From Tricharina praecox (Eukaryota), in the NCBI RefSeq assembly GCF_024521635.1, contig NW_026250413.1, positions 310,001 to 374,000 on the forward strand: 64,000 nt of DNA, written 5' to 3'. The notes under the pieces were generated by a model, which did no database searches, was not told the DNA's origin, and was given only the letters and a program-made list of their open reading frames with translations. Shown here in pieces: positions 1-13,643 of this stretch. A program made the translations under genes and the position numbers. How positions within the stretch are numbered: position 1 is the stretch's first letter; each line of letters opens with the position of its first letter.

Positions 1-3000
1 GACCCATTGAACATTCAACCGATCATCCATGAGAATGCGGTTCAGGATGCCACCATGTGACAGTGTAGGTAAAGTACCTATGTGTTATGGCAGTCACCCA
101 CTCACTTTCTACGTGTGTGACGGAAGCATAGGCGGCTGCAGCTCTTGCAGCGCCAGAATTCTGGAAATAGGTAGGCACCGAGAGAAATCACTCAGGAACA
201 GGGAGTGTGAGTGTGTATAAAGCAGATGGCTTCTCGCCCTCGTTGCGCCGCGGTCGATGGACCTTCGGCTTATATATCCATCCACACTCCTACATATATA
301 CGGCGTTTGCTGCGCTGATGGTGTGGAGGGGAGAGTTGGATTCGTGCCCGCAAGGTGAACCCGATCGATCGTGTCTGAGAAGTCCCGTGGGGGTGTTTCT
401 CGGTTTGGGACGGGCAGTTGTCGTTGGAAATCGAACGAAAGACCCCCCGTGGTGGTGATGCTTTTACTATAATCCTAGCACCTTCTCTCCGGGAGATGCA
501 GTGCACTTGGGGAAGGGAAGGCCGGTAAACACACTGAATTCAATGGCTTGCAGAGTCAATGGAATTGGGTTTCCTTTTTTCACTTTCTTTCCTTTTTTCA
601 CTTTCTTTCCTTTTTTCACTTTCTTTCCTTTCTTTCCTTTTCCCTTTTTTCCTTTTCGTTTCTTGCCTTGAGAGGAAGTAGCACGCGACCCACTGCCGTG
701 CTCTCCCTCGCTTTTCCGCATTGCATGCATACCTGGTGCAGTCTCTCCCCAGTCCGACGAGCTCCGAAGAGAAGCATCCAATCGCACATCTGCAAACTCC
801 AGCTGAGCGAGCAGGAAGCGAAGCCATCCGACGATGCTAACTGCGGCAAGTTCGTTCAGGAGATGGTTGGTGGACGACGACGAGTCGATGACCACTCCTC
901 TTAGGTACAACTTCTGACTTGGTTACTTACCTGTGCCTAGGGGCCGAGGGCATCGAGCATCGGGTTTTTAGGCTAGCTACTTACACACACCATAGATAAT
1001 GTCACCCCACGCCCCGCAGCAGCCGTTGTTTTCGCAGGCTGAACCGTGTCGTCGCGGATCCGGCTGAAGAATCGTGTCAGGTGCCCCCCAGTGCGGCACA
1101 GGATGTCTGGCCTCGAAGGGCATCTAGAGCAGGGGGCTTGTCAATGTCGGTCCACCTGCCTGCCTGCCTGCGGTCGTGGATAGATATCCGACACGACGAC
1201 GAGCGGAGGAGAAATCGAAAGAAACAGAAGCGGATAAATGTGGAGCAGGATGCCTACGGGGAGCAAAGTCGGCGAGCTGAATGGCAGAAGCCGTCAATCG
1301 GAGCATTCCTCCAGTGATAGATTGCTCGAGATACCTATTCATGTGAGTAATGGAGGGGCCTGGGGGGTTTTGCACATGCCGACTGTAGGGGGATCTGAAA
1401 CTGTTGCCGGGAGTTGCAGCTCGTCACCCGAATTCTCCCGTCGATGAAGTCAGACGGCCCTCGCTCTCTTGGCAGGGCCACTGATGCGATGCAAGCTCCA
1501 CCACCACCACCACCACCAGCACCACCACCATCAGCACAACTACAGGCACACCACCAGCACCACCACTACAACCACCGCCGCCCCGCTCGTGTGCTATGGA
1601 GCGTCTGATTTCCGTCATCCGGACGAGAAGATCCGTCGGTTCAAGGTCCCGATGGCTGCATTGTCGTACGCGCCTCCGTCGGTGGAGTGGCAGCGGCGAC
1701 AGTCCATCAGCAGCGGTCCATCTGCGGCAGTCCATCTACCCTGAGCGTGAATGACGATACTAGTAGGTAGAGTACTAGTACCTTGAGTATCAGTGGCGGG
1801 GCAACGGCTCCCTTATCGATAGTGCACCGTCGGCATTGGCCGCCCCAGTTTGGGCGCACAGCGGGATTGAGGGGGGCGGGCGATGGCTTTTGGCCCTTAG
1901 CCCTTGGGAGTTGGGCGTGTCGGTTCGCTTGGGTGGCGTGTAACCACCGGGGGCACTGGACCAGCTGGGGGAACGGGCCAGTTGCATTCCCGTCGCCCTA
2001 GCATTTGTTGCCAATCAAATCGCCGACTTTTCAATTGGCGTGGGGCCCAAATTGTCCGTGCACTGCGTTAAGCACCCTTAACGTCTTTAGAGTGTAAATC
2101 TAATTGCCCCGCTTCTGCTCCAGAAAAATAAAATATGGAGAGAACGAAACACTCCAAACACTCCACGCTCAACACACCCTCTCCCGGATCGAGCAGATCG
2201 GACCCGCATTCCCTGCTTCCCCGGGCACCCTAGATGTGCGCCAGATTCCGCTGTGGCAGACCAGATATCGTCTCTGTTAAGTCGCCGTGTCTGACGACGA
2301 GCATCAAGCTCCAGATAACCTGCTTGTTGGCTGGCTGTCCGGAATTCGCCCTTCGAGTTAGAGAGTTCGAGTGAAACCTACGCCCCTGTGGGTATAAATA
2401 CAACCCAAGACGTCCCATCTCCGGTTTCCCAACCTCCGCAAACCTCGCCATCCCGATCCCCGCCGTCTTGCTCCCATACAGCCAAACAGACCCGCCAGAC
2501 GGCCAACTTCAAAGATCGCATCATCCGAGCCCTCCCCCATATCCGACCTCCTCGCAGTCCCCCGTAGAGGCTCCGATAGGGAACCAGCCGACCATAGCGG
2601 ACAACACTTAGGTAGGACCCACTCGTGCTCCCCCGGATCGATTTCCTAGTTATCCAAACGAAACGGTGCAGAGAATCCGCGCGTACACACTGTTTCTCGT
2701 TGCTGCTTGGCTGGCAATCAAGCATAGCTTTCCTTGTCTCTACCCCTTCCCCGCCTGCGCCGATAGCTATTTGTCCGGGAACTACGGGCGAGAGTGAGAG
2801 CTCCGGCGGGCTGCTAGGGCTACGCACGAGAAACATTTGTCTGGCTTCACTGGACTCGAGCGATAGTTCTGGTGACCTCCGCTATCTGGCACTGGCCTTG
2901 GTTGCCAGCTGCTAATTGCCTTGACGTTATCACGCTGCCCCTCCCCCGTCCCCCAAACAGAGCGAGCAACCCCGCTACCGTTACATGCACATGCACGCAG

Positions 3001-3798
3001 CTCCATCTATTACTCCCCCACCCCCCATCCCTAGATACCCCACCATAATCAATCGTCACTTTGCCTTGATCGCTTTCTGTATTTCCGAGAAATCTCTTGC
3101 AAATTTTTTCCAAGGGAATTCATTGGCTCAAGTGTCATCCCTGGTAAAATCGAATCGAGAATTCTGAGAGGCAACCGGTCCTTGACGACCATTCCCCGGC
3201 ACCCACAAGTGGTTGTCCCTTCAACCTACCCCGCCAACACTCCGAGCGACCCTAACTCAATTTCAAGCTTCTCCGGTTTCCAAGCTTAGCTGTCTTCCGA
3301 GAACCCCCCAAACCCCAACCCCACTACCTCCCCGAACACCTCCTACTTCTCGCTCCCCTTCTCTCCCTTTCATCTGCACTTTCATCTTCCTCTTCAACCA
3401 CCCCCTCCGTCCCCTCCTCTCTTTTCCTCCCTTCAATCCACCTCTCTCACATAGCCGTCCTTCAGCTCCCACCGTGCTACTCCCATTACTGTCTATCGGG
3501 ATCATCATTGCTTCGGGTTAGTCGTTATCCTCGAAAACATTCCCGGTTGATTGTCGAATTGGATGACATTGTTTCCTCATCAATTCTTTTGTGTTTCATT
3601 GCGTTGTTTCCTGTGAGTAGACGGTTTGCTGATGTCCTTGCTACATGAAGGCAGATCCACATAATAAAACCCCCTCTGGCCTAGAGCTGCTACATAGCTT
3701 CTCCGTAGACATCTCGGACCCCCGCAAACGAATCTCGTCGGCGAACCGTCTTCCCCCAAAGAACGTAGCAAGATCGGTTCACGATCTTGCTGATACCG

Positions 3799-6700
3799 AT
3801 GGAGGAAATCTACGACCCTGAGATTGAGCAAGAGGTCACAAAGGTTTTCCCCTACCAGGAAACACCAGAGAACCAGTCATGGGCAAACACCCTACCCGTG
3901 AAGCAGGGTCTCTATGATCCCGAGAACGAGAAGGATGCCTGCGGTGTCGGCTTTGCTGCGTAAGTGGGACCCGATCTCTTGCCCACTCCAACTTAATTGC
4001 CGGGTCGTGACTGACTGGGTCCAACAGCAACATCAAGGGTGTCGCGAGTCACAAGATTCTGAGCGATGCTCGAAGTCTGCTGTGTAACATGACGCATCGA
4101 GGAGCTGTCGGCTCCGATGCCCGTGATGGAGACGGCGCTGGTGTCATGACCTCCATTCCCCACAAATTTTTCGTGAAGGAGCTACGAGGGCAGACTGGAA
4201 TCAAGTTGCCAGCAAAGGGCCACTACGCTGTCGGGAATCTATTTTTCAAACCCGACGAAGATGTCCTGTTGGAGAGCAAGAAGAAATTCACAGATATTGC
4301 CGAGGGACTGGGTCTACGGGTCCTCCACTGGCGAGAAGTGCCGCATGACAGCTCCCTGTTGGGCCCTGCAGCTTTGTCGAGAGAGCCCAAGATCCTGCAG
4401 CCCTTTGTCGTTCTCAAATCGCACTACGGTGATGGAGATGAAGCTGCGTCCGTGGATGATGACACCTTTGACGAGAAGAACTTCGAGAAGCAGCTCTACA
4501 TTCTCCGTAAAGTTAGCACTCGAGAGATCGGTCTCTCCAACTGGTTCTATATATCGTCCCTTTCAAACCGCAATATCGTGTACAAGGGCCAGCTTGCACC
4601 GGTACAGGTGTACAACTACTACCATGACCTCGTCAATGTCGATTACGAGGTCCACTTCGCCCTAGTCCATTCCCGGTTCTCTACCAACACATTCCCCAGT
4701 TGGGACCGTGCTCAGCCTTTGAGATGGGCTGCTCACAATGGTAGCAAACACTCTCCGTCCATTTCCATCTCCAAAAAAGAAGAAGAGAAGAAAAAGTTAT
4801 TCTAACACTATGTAGGTGAGATCAACACTTTGCGAGGAAACAAAAACTGGATGCGGGCTCGTGAGGGTGTCATGAAGTCCACCTTCTTTGCGGACGAACT
4901 CGAGAAACTCTACCCCATCATCGAGGAGGGTGGTTCGGACTCGGCTGCTTTCGATAACGTACTCGAGCTCCTTGTGATCAATGGAGTGCTGTCGTTGCCG
5001 GAAGCGATGATGATGATGGTTCCTGAGGCATGGCAGGACAACGCCGACGTTGACCCTAAGAAGGCTGCGTTCTACGAATGGGCTGCATGTTTGATGGAGC
5101 CATGGGACGGACCTGCGCTGTTCACCTTTGCCGACGGACGTTACTGCGGCGCCACATTGGACCGAAACGGCCTGCGACCCTGTCGGTTCTACGTGACGGA
5201 TGATGATCGCATCATCTGCGCCTCCGAGGTCGGAACCATTCTGATCCCCTCCGAGAAGATCGTGCAGAAGGGACGACTACAGCCGGGGCGAATGCTGCTG
5301 GTCGATACGCTGGAAGGACGGATCGTCGACGACCGAGAGTTGAAATCGGAAGTCTCCTCGCGATTTGATTTCAGATCATGGGCGGACGACCAACTGCTCA
5401 CCCTCGACAAAATCCAGGAAGAGCTGAAGACTGCCGGAGTCTCCCTGAAAGTTCCACTGAATGAAGTCCGTCTGCAGAGTGACAGCCGTCTCCTCGCCTT
5501 TGGATACTCTTATGAGCAGGTGACTCTGTTGCTCGGCCCTATGGTAAGTTGTGCATCCTCCCAGTCCCCCATTCCAGAATGACAAATGCGAATGAATGCT
5601 GATCCCTATCCTCTTACAGGCCGCAGACTCCAAGGAAGCCCTGGGATCGATGGGTAACGACGGACCTCTGGCATGTCTCGCCAAACAACCCCGGCTCTTG
5701 TATGACTACTTCCGGCAATTGTTCGCCCAAGTGACGAACCCGCCAATCGATCCCATCCGTGAGGCTATCGTCATGTCTCTCGACTGCTACGTTGGCCCCC
5801 AGGGAAACCTTCTGGAGATGGATCCTACGCAGTGCCACCGCCTCCTCCTCCCCTCGCCCGTCCTCTCCCTCGAAGAGTTCAAGGCCGTCTCCCAGATTCA
5901 GAAGGTGCACAAGTCATGGGGCGTCACCACGATCGACATCACATTCCCCAAGTGCGATGGAATCCCCGGCTATTCCGCCGCGCTCGACGACATTTGCGCC
6001 CAGGCTAGCCAGGCGTTGGAACAAGACTCCAAGGTTATTATCCTTTCGGATCGAAACACGTCTGCGGATCGCGTCGCGATGTCAGCTCTGATCGCCTGCG
6101 GTGCGGTTCACCATCACCTTGTACGCAACCGTCTACGATCGAAGGTTGCCATCGTTGTGGAGACTGCGGAGGCTCGTGAGGTTCACCATCTATGTGTCCT
6201 GGTGGGTTACGGAGCCGATGCCGTCTGTCCCTACCTCGCCCTCGAATGCATCCTCAAGATGAACCGTGAGAATTTGATCCGCGGTGGCTTGTCGGACCAA
6301 AAGATTGTCGAAAACTACCAACACTCCTGCGACGGAGGCATCCTAAAAGTCATGTCAAAGATGGGAATCTCGACGCTCCAGTCTTACAAGGGTGCTCAGA
6401 TTTTCGAGGCTCTCGGTGTCGATGACTCGGTTGTGGACAGGTGCTTCACTGGAACTGCCAGTAGAATCAAGGGTATCACGCTCGACTACATCGCGGAGGA
6501 TGCCTTTGCGTTCCACGAGCGAGGTTTTCCGTCCCGGGAGATCATCTCCGTTCCTGGTCTTCCGGAGACTGGCGAGTACCATTGGCGTGATGGAGGAGAA
6601 GCCCATGTCAACGATCCCCTCAGCATCGCCAACATCCAGGATGCCGTCCGTTCGAAGAACGACAAGTCTTACGAGGCGTACTCTTTATCTGCATACGAGC

Positions 6701-9700
6701 AGATCAAGAACTGCACCCTCCGAGGCCTCCTCGACTTCAACTACAAGTCTTCCAGGGAAATTCACATCGATGAGGTTGAGCCGTGGACCGAGATTGTTCG
6801 TCGGTTCTGCACCGGTGCAATGTCGTACGGCTCCATCTCCATGGAGTCTCACTCGACCCTGGCCATCGCCATGAACCGATTGGGCGGAAAGTCGAACACC
6901 GGTGAAGGTGGAGAGGATTCCGAGCGCAGCCGTATCATGGAGAACGGAGACACCATGAGGTCGGCCATCAAGCAGGTGGCCTCCGGTCGTTTCGGTGTCA
7001 CCTCCCACTACCTCGCCGACTCGGATCAAATCCAGATCAAGATGGCCCAAGGAGCGAAGCCTGGCGAGGGTGGTGAATTGCCTGGGCACAAGGTTTCCCA
7101 GTCTATCGCAAAGACCCGTCATTCCACCCCCGGTGTCGGTCTCATCTCACCGCCCCCGCACCACGACATCTACAGTATCGAAGATCTTAAACAGTTGATC
7201 TACGATCTGAAATGTGCCAACCCTCGGTCGCGCGTGTCGGTGAAGCTGGTGTCCGAGACTGGTGTCGGTATCGTTGCGTCTGGTGTGGCCAAGGCCAAGG
7301 CTGATCACATCCTCATTTCCGGGCACGACGGTGGTACCGGTGCCTCTCGATGGACCGGTATCAAATACGCCGGTGTTCCTTGGGAGCTCGGTCTCGCCGA
7401 GACCCACCAGACGCTGGTGCTGAACGACCTACGTGGCCGTGTCGTGGTCGAAACCGATGGACAGCTGAGGACCGGACGAGATGTTGCGATCGCCTGCTTG
7501 CTCGGTGCCGAAGAGTATGGTTTCGCTACCACCCCGCTGATTGCTATGGGCTGCATCATGATGCGCAAGTGTCATCTCAACACTTGCCCGGTCGGTATCG
7601 CCACCCAGGACCCCGAGCTCCGCAAGAAGTTCACTGGTACGCCCGAGCACGTGATCAACTTTTTCTATTACGTTGCCAACGAGCTCCGGTCGATCATGGC
7701 CAAGCTCGGCTTCAGGTCCATCAACGAGATGGTCGGACACTCTGAGAAGTTGCTGGTGCGCAAGGATCTTCTGACGGAGAAGACCAAGAACATCGACCTC
7801 AGCAGGATTCTTACGCCCGCTCACACCCTTCGACCTGGAGTTGCGACTTTCAACGTTCGCAAGCAGGATCACCGCCTTCATGTCCGCCTCGACAACAAGC
7901 TGATTGAAGAGGCCGAAGACACGATCTCCAAGGGAATCCCCAGTCGGATCGACGCGGATATAGTCAACACTGATCGTGCTCTCGGTGCTACGTTGTCCTA
8001 CAAGATCAGCAAAGCTAAGGGTAATACCGGGCTCGCTGAAGATTCAATTCACGTGACGCTGAAGGGTTCTGCCGGTCAGTCGTTTGGAGCTTTCCTTGCA
8101 CCCGGAGTCACTCTGGAGCTCGAAGGAGACGCCAACGATTACGTCGGCAAGGGATTGTCTGGAGGTCGAATTGCGATATACCCCCCTCGCAACGCTACTT
8201 ACCAGGCTGAGGAGAACATCATCGTGGGCAACGTCTGCCTCTACGGTGCTACATCCGGTTCCGCCTTCTTCAGTGGTATTGCTGCCGAGCGTTTCTGTGT
8301 CCGGAATTCCGGAGCCACAGCTGTCGTCGAGGGTGTGGGTGATCACGGATGCGAGTACATGACTGGAGGACGTGTCGTGATTCTCGGAGAGACTGGCCGC
8401 AACTTCGCCGCTGGAATGTCCGGAGGTATTGCCTACGTTCTTGACTTCAAGCAGAAGTTTTCCAGCAAGGTGAACATGGAGATGGTTGAGCTCTCCGGCC
8501 TCTCGGACCCGCTCGAAATCGCATGGGTGCGTGGTCTCATCGAAGACCATTACCACTACACCGGATCCGAGATTGCCAAGAGGGTCCTTCTCGATTTCCG
8601 CCGAGCGCTCCCCCGTTTCGTCAAGGTACTGCCTACCGACTACAAGAGGATCCTCGAGGAGGAGGCTGCCAAGGCTGCACTGGCGAGGATCTACCCCACC
8701 GGAATGCCGGAACAGCAGGTCCAGAAGGTCGACTCCGAGAAGACCGACGCGCACAAGCACGAGGCCAGCATGACCGATCTCGAGGACAGCATCATGGACA
8801 CGAAGGCTCAGAAGAAGAAGTCCACTTTGGTCCTCAACAAGACGAAGGGATTCATGCTCTACTCCCGTCGTTCCGAGAAGTACCGCAACCCCAAGACTCG
8901 TGTCAAGGATTGGAAGGAGCTGTCTCGGAGATTGGATGTGGATGAGCTCAAGCATCAGTCGGCACGTTGCATGGACTGTGGTGTTCCTTTCTGCCAGAGT
9001 GACACCGGATGTCCCATTAGTAATGTCATCCCCAAGTGGAACACTCTAGTTTTTCAGAACAAGTGGAAGGAGGCTTTGTACGCTCTCCTCGCCACCAACG
9101 ACTTCCCCGAGGTTACCGGCCGTGTCTGCCCTGCTCCCTGCGAAGGCTCCTGTGTGCTTGGCATCAACGAGGATCCTGTCGGAATCAAGAGCATCGAGTG
9201 TGCCATCATCGACCGCGGTTTCGAAGAGGGATGGGTCATTCCAAACATTCCCACGAGCAGGACTGGAAAGAAAATCGCCATCGTCGGATCTGGACCGGCT
9301 GGAATGGCCGCTGCTAACCAACTCAACAAGGCCGGACACACTGTCACCGTGTACGAGCGCCACGACCGAATCGGTGGTCTGATGATGTATGGTATTCCCA
9401 ACATGAAGCTCGACAAGTCTATTCTCCAGCGTCGCGTCGATCTGATGGCTTCGGAAGGCATCGTCTTCAAAACCAATTCCCACGTCGGAGAAGATGTCAC
9501 ATTGGCCGACCTCAAAAAGGAGAACGACGCCATCATCGTCGCTACTGGAGCTACCGTTCCTCGCAACCTGCCCATTCCCGGTCGTGACCTGAAGGGTATC
9601 GACTTTGCCATGACCTTCCTGCATGCAAACACCAAGGACCTCCTGGACTCAAACCTTCAGGACGGCAAGTACATCTCCGCCAAGGACAAGGACGTCATCG

Positions 9701-10442
9701 TTATTGGTGGTGGTGATACCGGTAATGATTGCATCGGTACTGCTGTTCGCCACGGAGCGAAGTCGGTGGTCAACTTTGAGCTTCTTCCTGCTCCTCCGTC
9801 CGAGCGCGCCCGCGACAACCCTTGGCCACAGTGGCCCAAGATTTTCCGCATCGATTACGGACACACTGAGGTGCAGACCAAGTACGGCCGCGACCCCCGC
9901 GAGTACTGCGTCATGAGCAAGGAGTTCGTCAGCGATGGCAATGGAAACGTGAAGGGTATCAACACAGTCCGCGTTGAGTGGCAGAGAACCCGTACCGGCT
10001 GGGACATGAAGCAGGTCGAGGGATCCGAACAGTTCTTCCCCGCCGACATGGTCTTGTTGTCGATGGGATTCTTGGGTCCCGAGGACAAGGCGTTGGGAGA
10101 ATTGGAGCGTGACGGTCGCAAGAACGTCAAGACCGCTGCTGGACATTATGCCACGTCCGACCCCGGAGTGTTCGCCGCTGGTGATTGTCGCCGTGGACAA
10201 TCTTTGATCGTTTGGTGAGTAGACTCCGATGTTCTGTGCTATATGACTTTGCGCTAATGATATATCATAGGGGTATCAACGAGGGCCGTCAATGTGCTCG
10301 CGAGGTTGACCAATACCTGATGCAGTCGACCAGACTTCCGGTCACTGGAGGAATCGTCCATCGCTCCAAGATAGCTGGCGAAATCCTCGGCCGCGCCGAT
10401 CGCGCAAAGCCTCAGCAGATTGCGATCGCTGCCTCCTCATAG
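3799..10442 (+). CDS. GLT1: NADH-dependent glutamate synthase (GOGAT), fused alpha+beta eukaryotic form; exons approx. 3799-3959, 4028-4740, 4816-5543, 5620-10214, 10271-10442
   Basis: Hand splicing gives EKDACGVGF (GATase N-terminal Cys), HSRFSTNTFPSW, HNGEINTLRGN, FAQVTNPPIDPIRE, QGAKPGEGGELPG, CIMMRKCHLNTCPVG, RCMDCGVPFC, GGGDTGNDC, GDCRRGQSLIVWGINEGR. GT..AG introns restore the frame at every ORF break. Confidence 0.98.
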
Positions 10443-10815
10443 ACGACTAACTGTATCTATTGTTTCTATTTTCGAAGGAAAATTCTATTTTACTTTTTCT
10501 TTACTGGCTGTTGCCCGGTGACACGGAAGGAAGGAAGGGGCGTGCATTCTGTTTCGTTTCGTTTCGTTTCGGATTGGAAAAAAGGCTGGAGGTCGGGGGT
10601 TCGTTCTTTCTTCTCTTTAGTTAGGGCGGGGGGTTTAGGTTTGCATATTTCGGGGGCGGTTTGCGGGTACTTTGCTATTTTTCTTTTTCCTCCTTGTTTT
10701 TCTTGTCGTTCTTGTATTCTGGTTCGCATGATGGGTTACAAGATGACCGTGCTGTTGTTCTTGTGGCTAGGTAGTAGTTTGAATGCTGCATATGCCATAT
10801 GGTGCATACTACCTA

Positions 10816-10856
10816 TCTTGACTCTTGACTCTTGACTCTTGACTCTTGACTCTTGA
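10816..10856. repeat. 7-bp tandem repeat (TCTTGAC)n, about 6 copies
   Basis: Read directly from the sequence. Confidence 0.9.
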
Positions 10857-12429
10857 GATCGTCACTGGGCGGTGGGGACGCAGTGGGGGCTCAGTGGGGG
10901 GCGTGATGATTATGATGCTAGTGATATCGACGCGTATGGGGTAGAATGACTTTGCACTACCTATCCTATATCTACACCGAAACAGTCCCCGCTGTGGCCA
11001 TCCTGCCTGGATATCAGGCCGGGACTCGGGAGATGGCCTGTCGTGACTCGCGGAGACGTGGACACGAGAACTAGGTCTTGGCTTGTAATTCGTAGGAACA
11101 CGGGACTACCGTATCTACATAGATTCACAATGTACGACGTATTTGTATTTTTTATTCGCATATGGGGCTCGCTATGCCTACTTAGGTACTCTTGAGTCGT
11201 AGCAGGCGCCTTTGTGCTCACGTTCTCATATGCCTGGGAAGCTGGGAACAGAGCCGCCGCCAGTACCAGGTAAGTATTGGAGTCACTACGAATCCATGAT
11301 CCATCTGTGAGGCATCTGTGAGGCATCTGTGCGGCATCTGTGCGGCATCTCGGAGGATCTGTTTGGAAGACGTACCTACCGTATGTGCCGTAGGTATGTG
11401 CCGTAGGTAGGTAGATATGTGGCGCTGTTGGCAAGATATTGACTGCGAAGAAGAAGAAGAAGAAGTATCTGGAACAGGCGGGGACCGCTGGGGGACTGCG
11501 CATGGAGGACTCGGGGAGACGCGGAAACGGGGAGATAGGGAGACGGGGAGACGCGGAAATAGTGCTGAGCACTCAGCTCGAGGAAAGGATCACGATATAT
11601 CGTCCGGTGCCCACAACCAGGTTCACCGCCGGCTCCTCCACGAGCCCACCGTCCACCAGCCATCCTCCCAACGGGCGAGGTATTACTATGTCAGCGCGCA
11701 GGACACGAGCCGAAGCCTCGCCCAAGGAACAAACGCCAACAACGCCAACAACGCCGGCACCGCCGGCACCGCCGGGACTGGAGCGTCGAGACTAGAGCGT
11801 TGAGAAGAATCACAGCCCCGGAGTCCGAACCATCCATAATTCACAGAACAGAGAACTGGATACCGGTCTACAAGTTACAACTTACATCTAGAGACCGTAA
11901 TCGCAATCTAGCAGCGGCAGCGGCGGCAGCGGCGTGGGAGTCGGGTTTGGTTCTTTGGACTCTTGGACTCTTGGAGACGAGGAGGGTACGAAGTATGTAT
12001 TCCTATATATATGTGCCGCTGGTATGGGTATGGTGGGGGGGGATCACGTATTGACGTATCCATGGACCTAAGTAATAGATCACGACGTCTACACCAAGAG
12101 AGCCACCGCCGCCGCCGCGAGACCAGCTAATCGGCGTCCCTTGCCTGCCCGCTCGAGACAAGTATTGTACACTTGCCAATCGAAAATTTCTGGAGCAAAG
12201 GTATGGAATTCCCGCTGCACCGCCACCCTAATTTTGTGTAAAAAACCAGGTTTTTTGAAGCAGTCGACTAGGCAACGAAAGTTCGACAGAGAGAAAGAGA
12301 AGTCTTTTTCTATTTTATTGAAGCAATGAAGCTCGCTATGGTGCTGCTTTCCCAACTTTTATAACAATTTTCCGTGGGTTATGTGTTCCATCGGTCGAGA
12401 AGTAAATTTTTGGTTCGTATTTCAATGAT

Positions 12430-12497
12430 GGGTCAATTTATTTTAGTGGCGGGTCAATTTATTTTAGTGGCGAGTCAATCCATCTTAATGACAAGTC
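12430..12497. repeat. 21-bp tandem repeat GGGTCAATTTATTTTAGTGGC, 2 exact copies plus 1 degenerate, in an AT-rich patch
   Basis: Read directly from the sequence. Confidence 0.8.
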
Positions 12498-13042
12498 ACT
12501 AGATGTGCGCATGGCGAGTCAGTAACTTTGATGACTCAAGCGCAAATTCCACTCATCTGATCTGCGCTGTTCGTAACGCGCGACTGGAGACAAATTGGAT
12601 GTTAGACAGTTATCAAATGCAAGCAAATCCTCAGTAAGATTATTCCGATGATACTCTTTTTCTACCCTACCTTCTGTCATATTGCATTGTGTTCGTTGCG
12701 TTGACGCGTACATATGGTACTCTACTTTAGTTATCTAGTGGTCAAGGCGCACAAGCGCCCCGTCCCCGTCCCGCTTGAGGACACTGGAGGAAGGCTACGG
12801 AAGACTCCAAAATCTCTACGGAGAAGGGCGCCAGAAGTCCGTGACGGCGAAGAGAAAGGCATATAATACAACAAACCCCAAGGGCCAAGAGGAGGAATGA
12901 AAATATCACCAATTGTAGCCAAAGCTGCCGGAAAGCTACGAAAATACGAAGTCCGGACTCCGGCCCGGCCCGTCTGGCATGATTTCGAAGCCAAATGCAT
13001 GTAGGTGAAGGAACGGAGAACTAAACAGCAAAAGTATACCTA

Positions 13043-13187
13043 CTGTATAGTGAAGGGGGGGTAAAAAATACGCTATTTTCCGTGTCGATACGGTCAAAAT
13101 ACGTGTTTTGACCGTATTCATACGCTTTTTGACCGTATTGATACGCAAAAAAGCGTATTTTTTACCCCCCCCCCTTTCACTATACAG
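13043..13187. mobile_element. MITE, ~145 bp, Tc1/mariner-like (TA-flanked)
   Basis: Terminal inverted repeats CTGTATAGTGAA-G-run-TAAAAAATACGCT / AGCGTATTTTTTA-C-run-TTTCACTATACAG. TA at 13041-42 and 13188-89. Internal inverted motif ATACGGTCAAAA / TTTTGACCGTAT. Confidence 0.85.
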
Positions 13188-13643
13188 TATGTAGAACTCC
13201 GATTGTGTGATACTCAAATCTGGTGAATACCATTGGCAATCCTGCTCCGGCTATGAACGTTGAATTGGCCTTGAGGCCATATCCCGTGACGCCATTGGTG
13301 CTTGCCTGATGCTGCGTTCCTAGGGCTGTTCGTACTATGTATCACAAAATAGCACTCGCTAATACCTATGCAGGTCTGACCAGTCACGGCAAGGAAGCGG
13401 AAAAATTGTGCTTCTAGCTGCATGCAAAATATTTGGCCTCTTGAAAGTTGAGTGGATGGATCGTGATACGCTACTGCACCCGCTTTCGTACGCTCCAATA
13501 GCGATCGAAATTCGCCATGGCAATTCAGCTGCACGCAGCACCTCCTCACTTATCATAGCGATCTCCGCCTTTAGTGACATTTAGCTCTCTATCTCCTCTA
13601 CTCCGCGTCTCTCGGCTCCCCAGCGCTGAACTTCAGTACCATT

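Noticed and set aside
467-1744. Lys-rich and His-rich ORFs at the window start
   Set aside because: Produced by an 18-bp T-rich repeat (~575-630) and CAC runs (~1500-1580); no recognisable domain or exon structure.
5614-10200. Long antisense ORFs inside GLT1 (for example 8044-8955)
   Set aside because: Shadow frames caused by codon bias of the sense gene.
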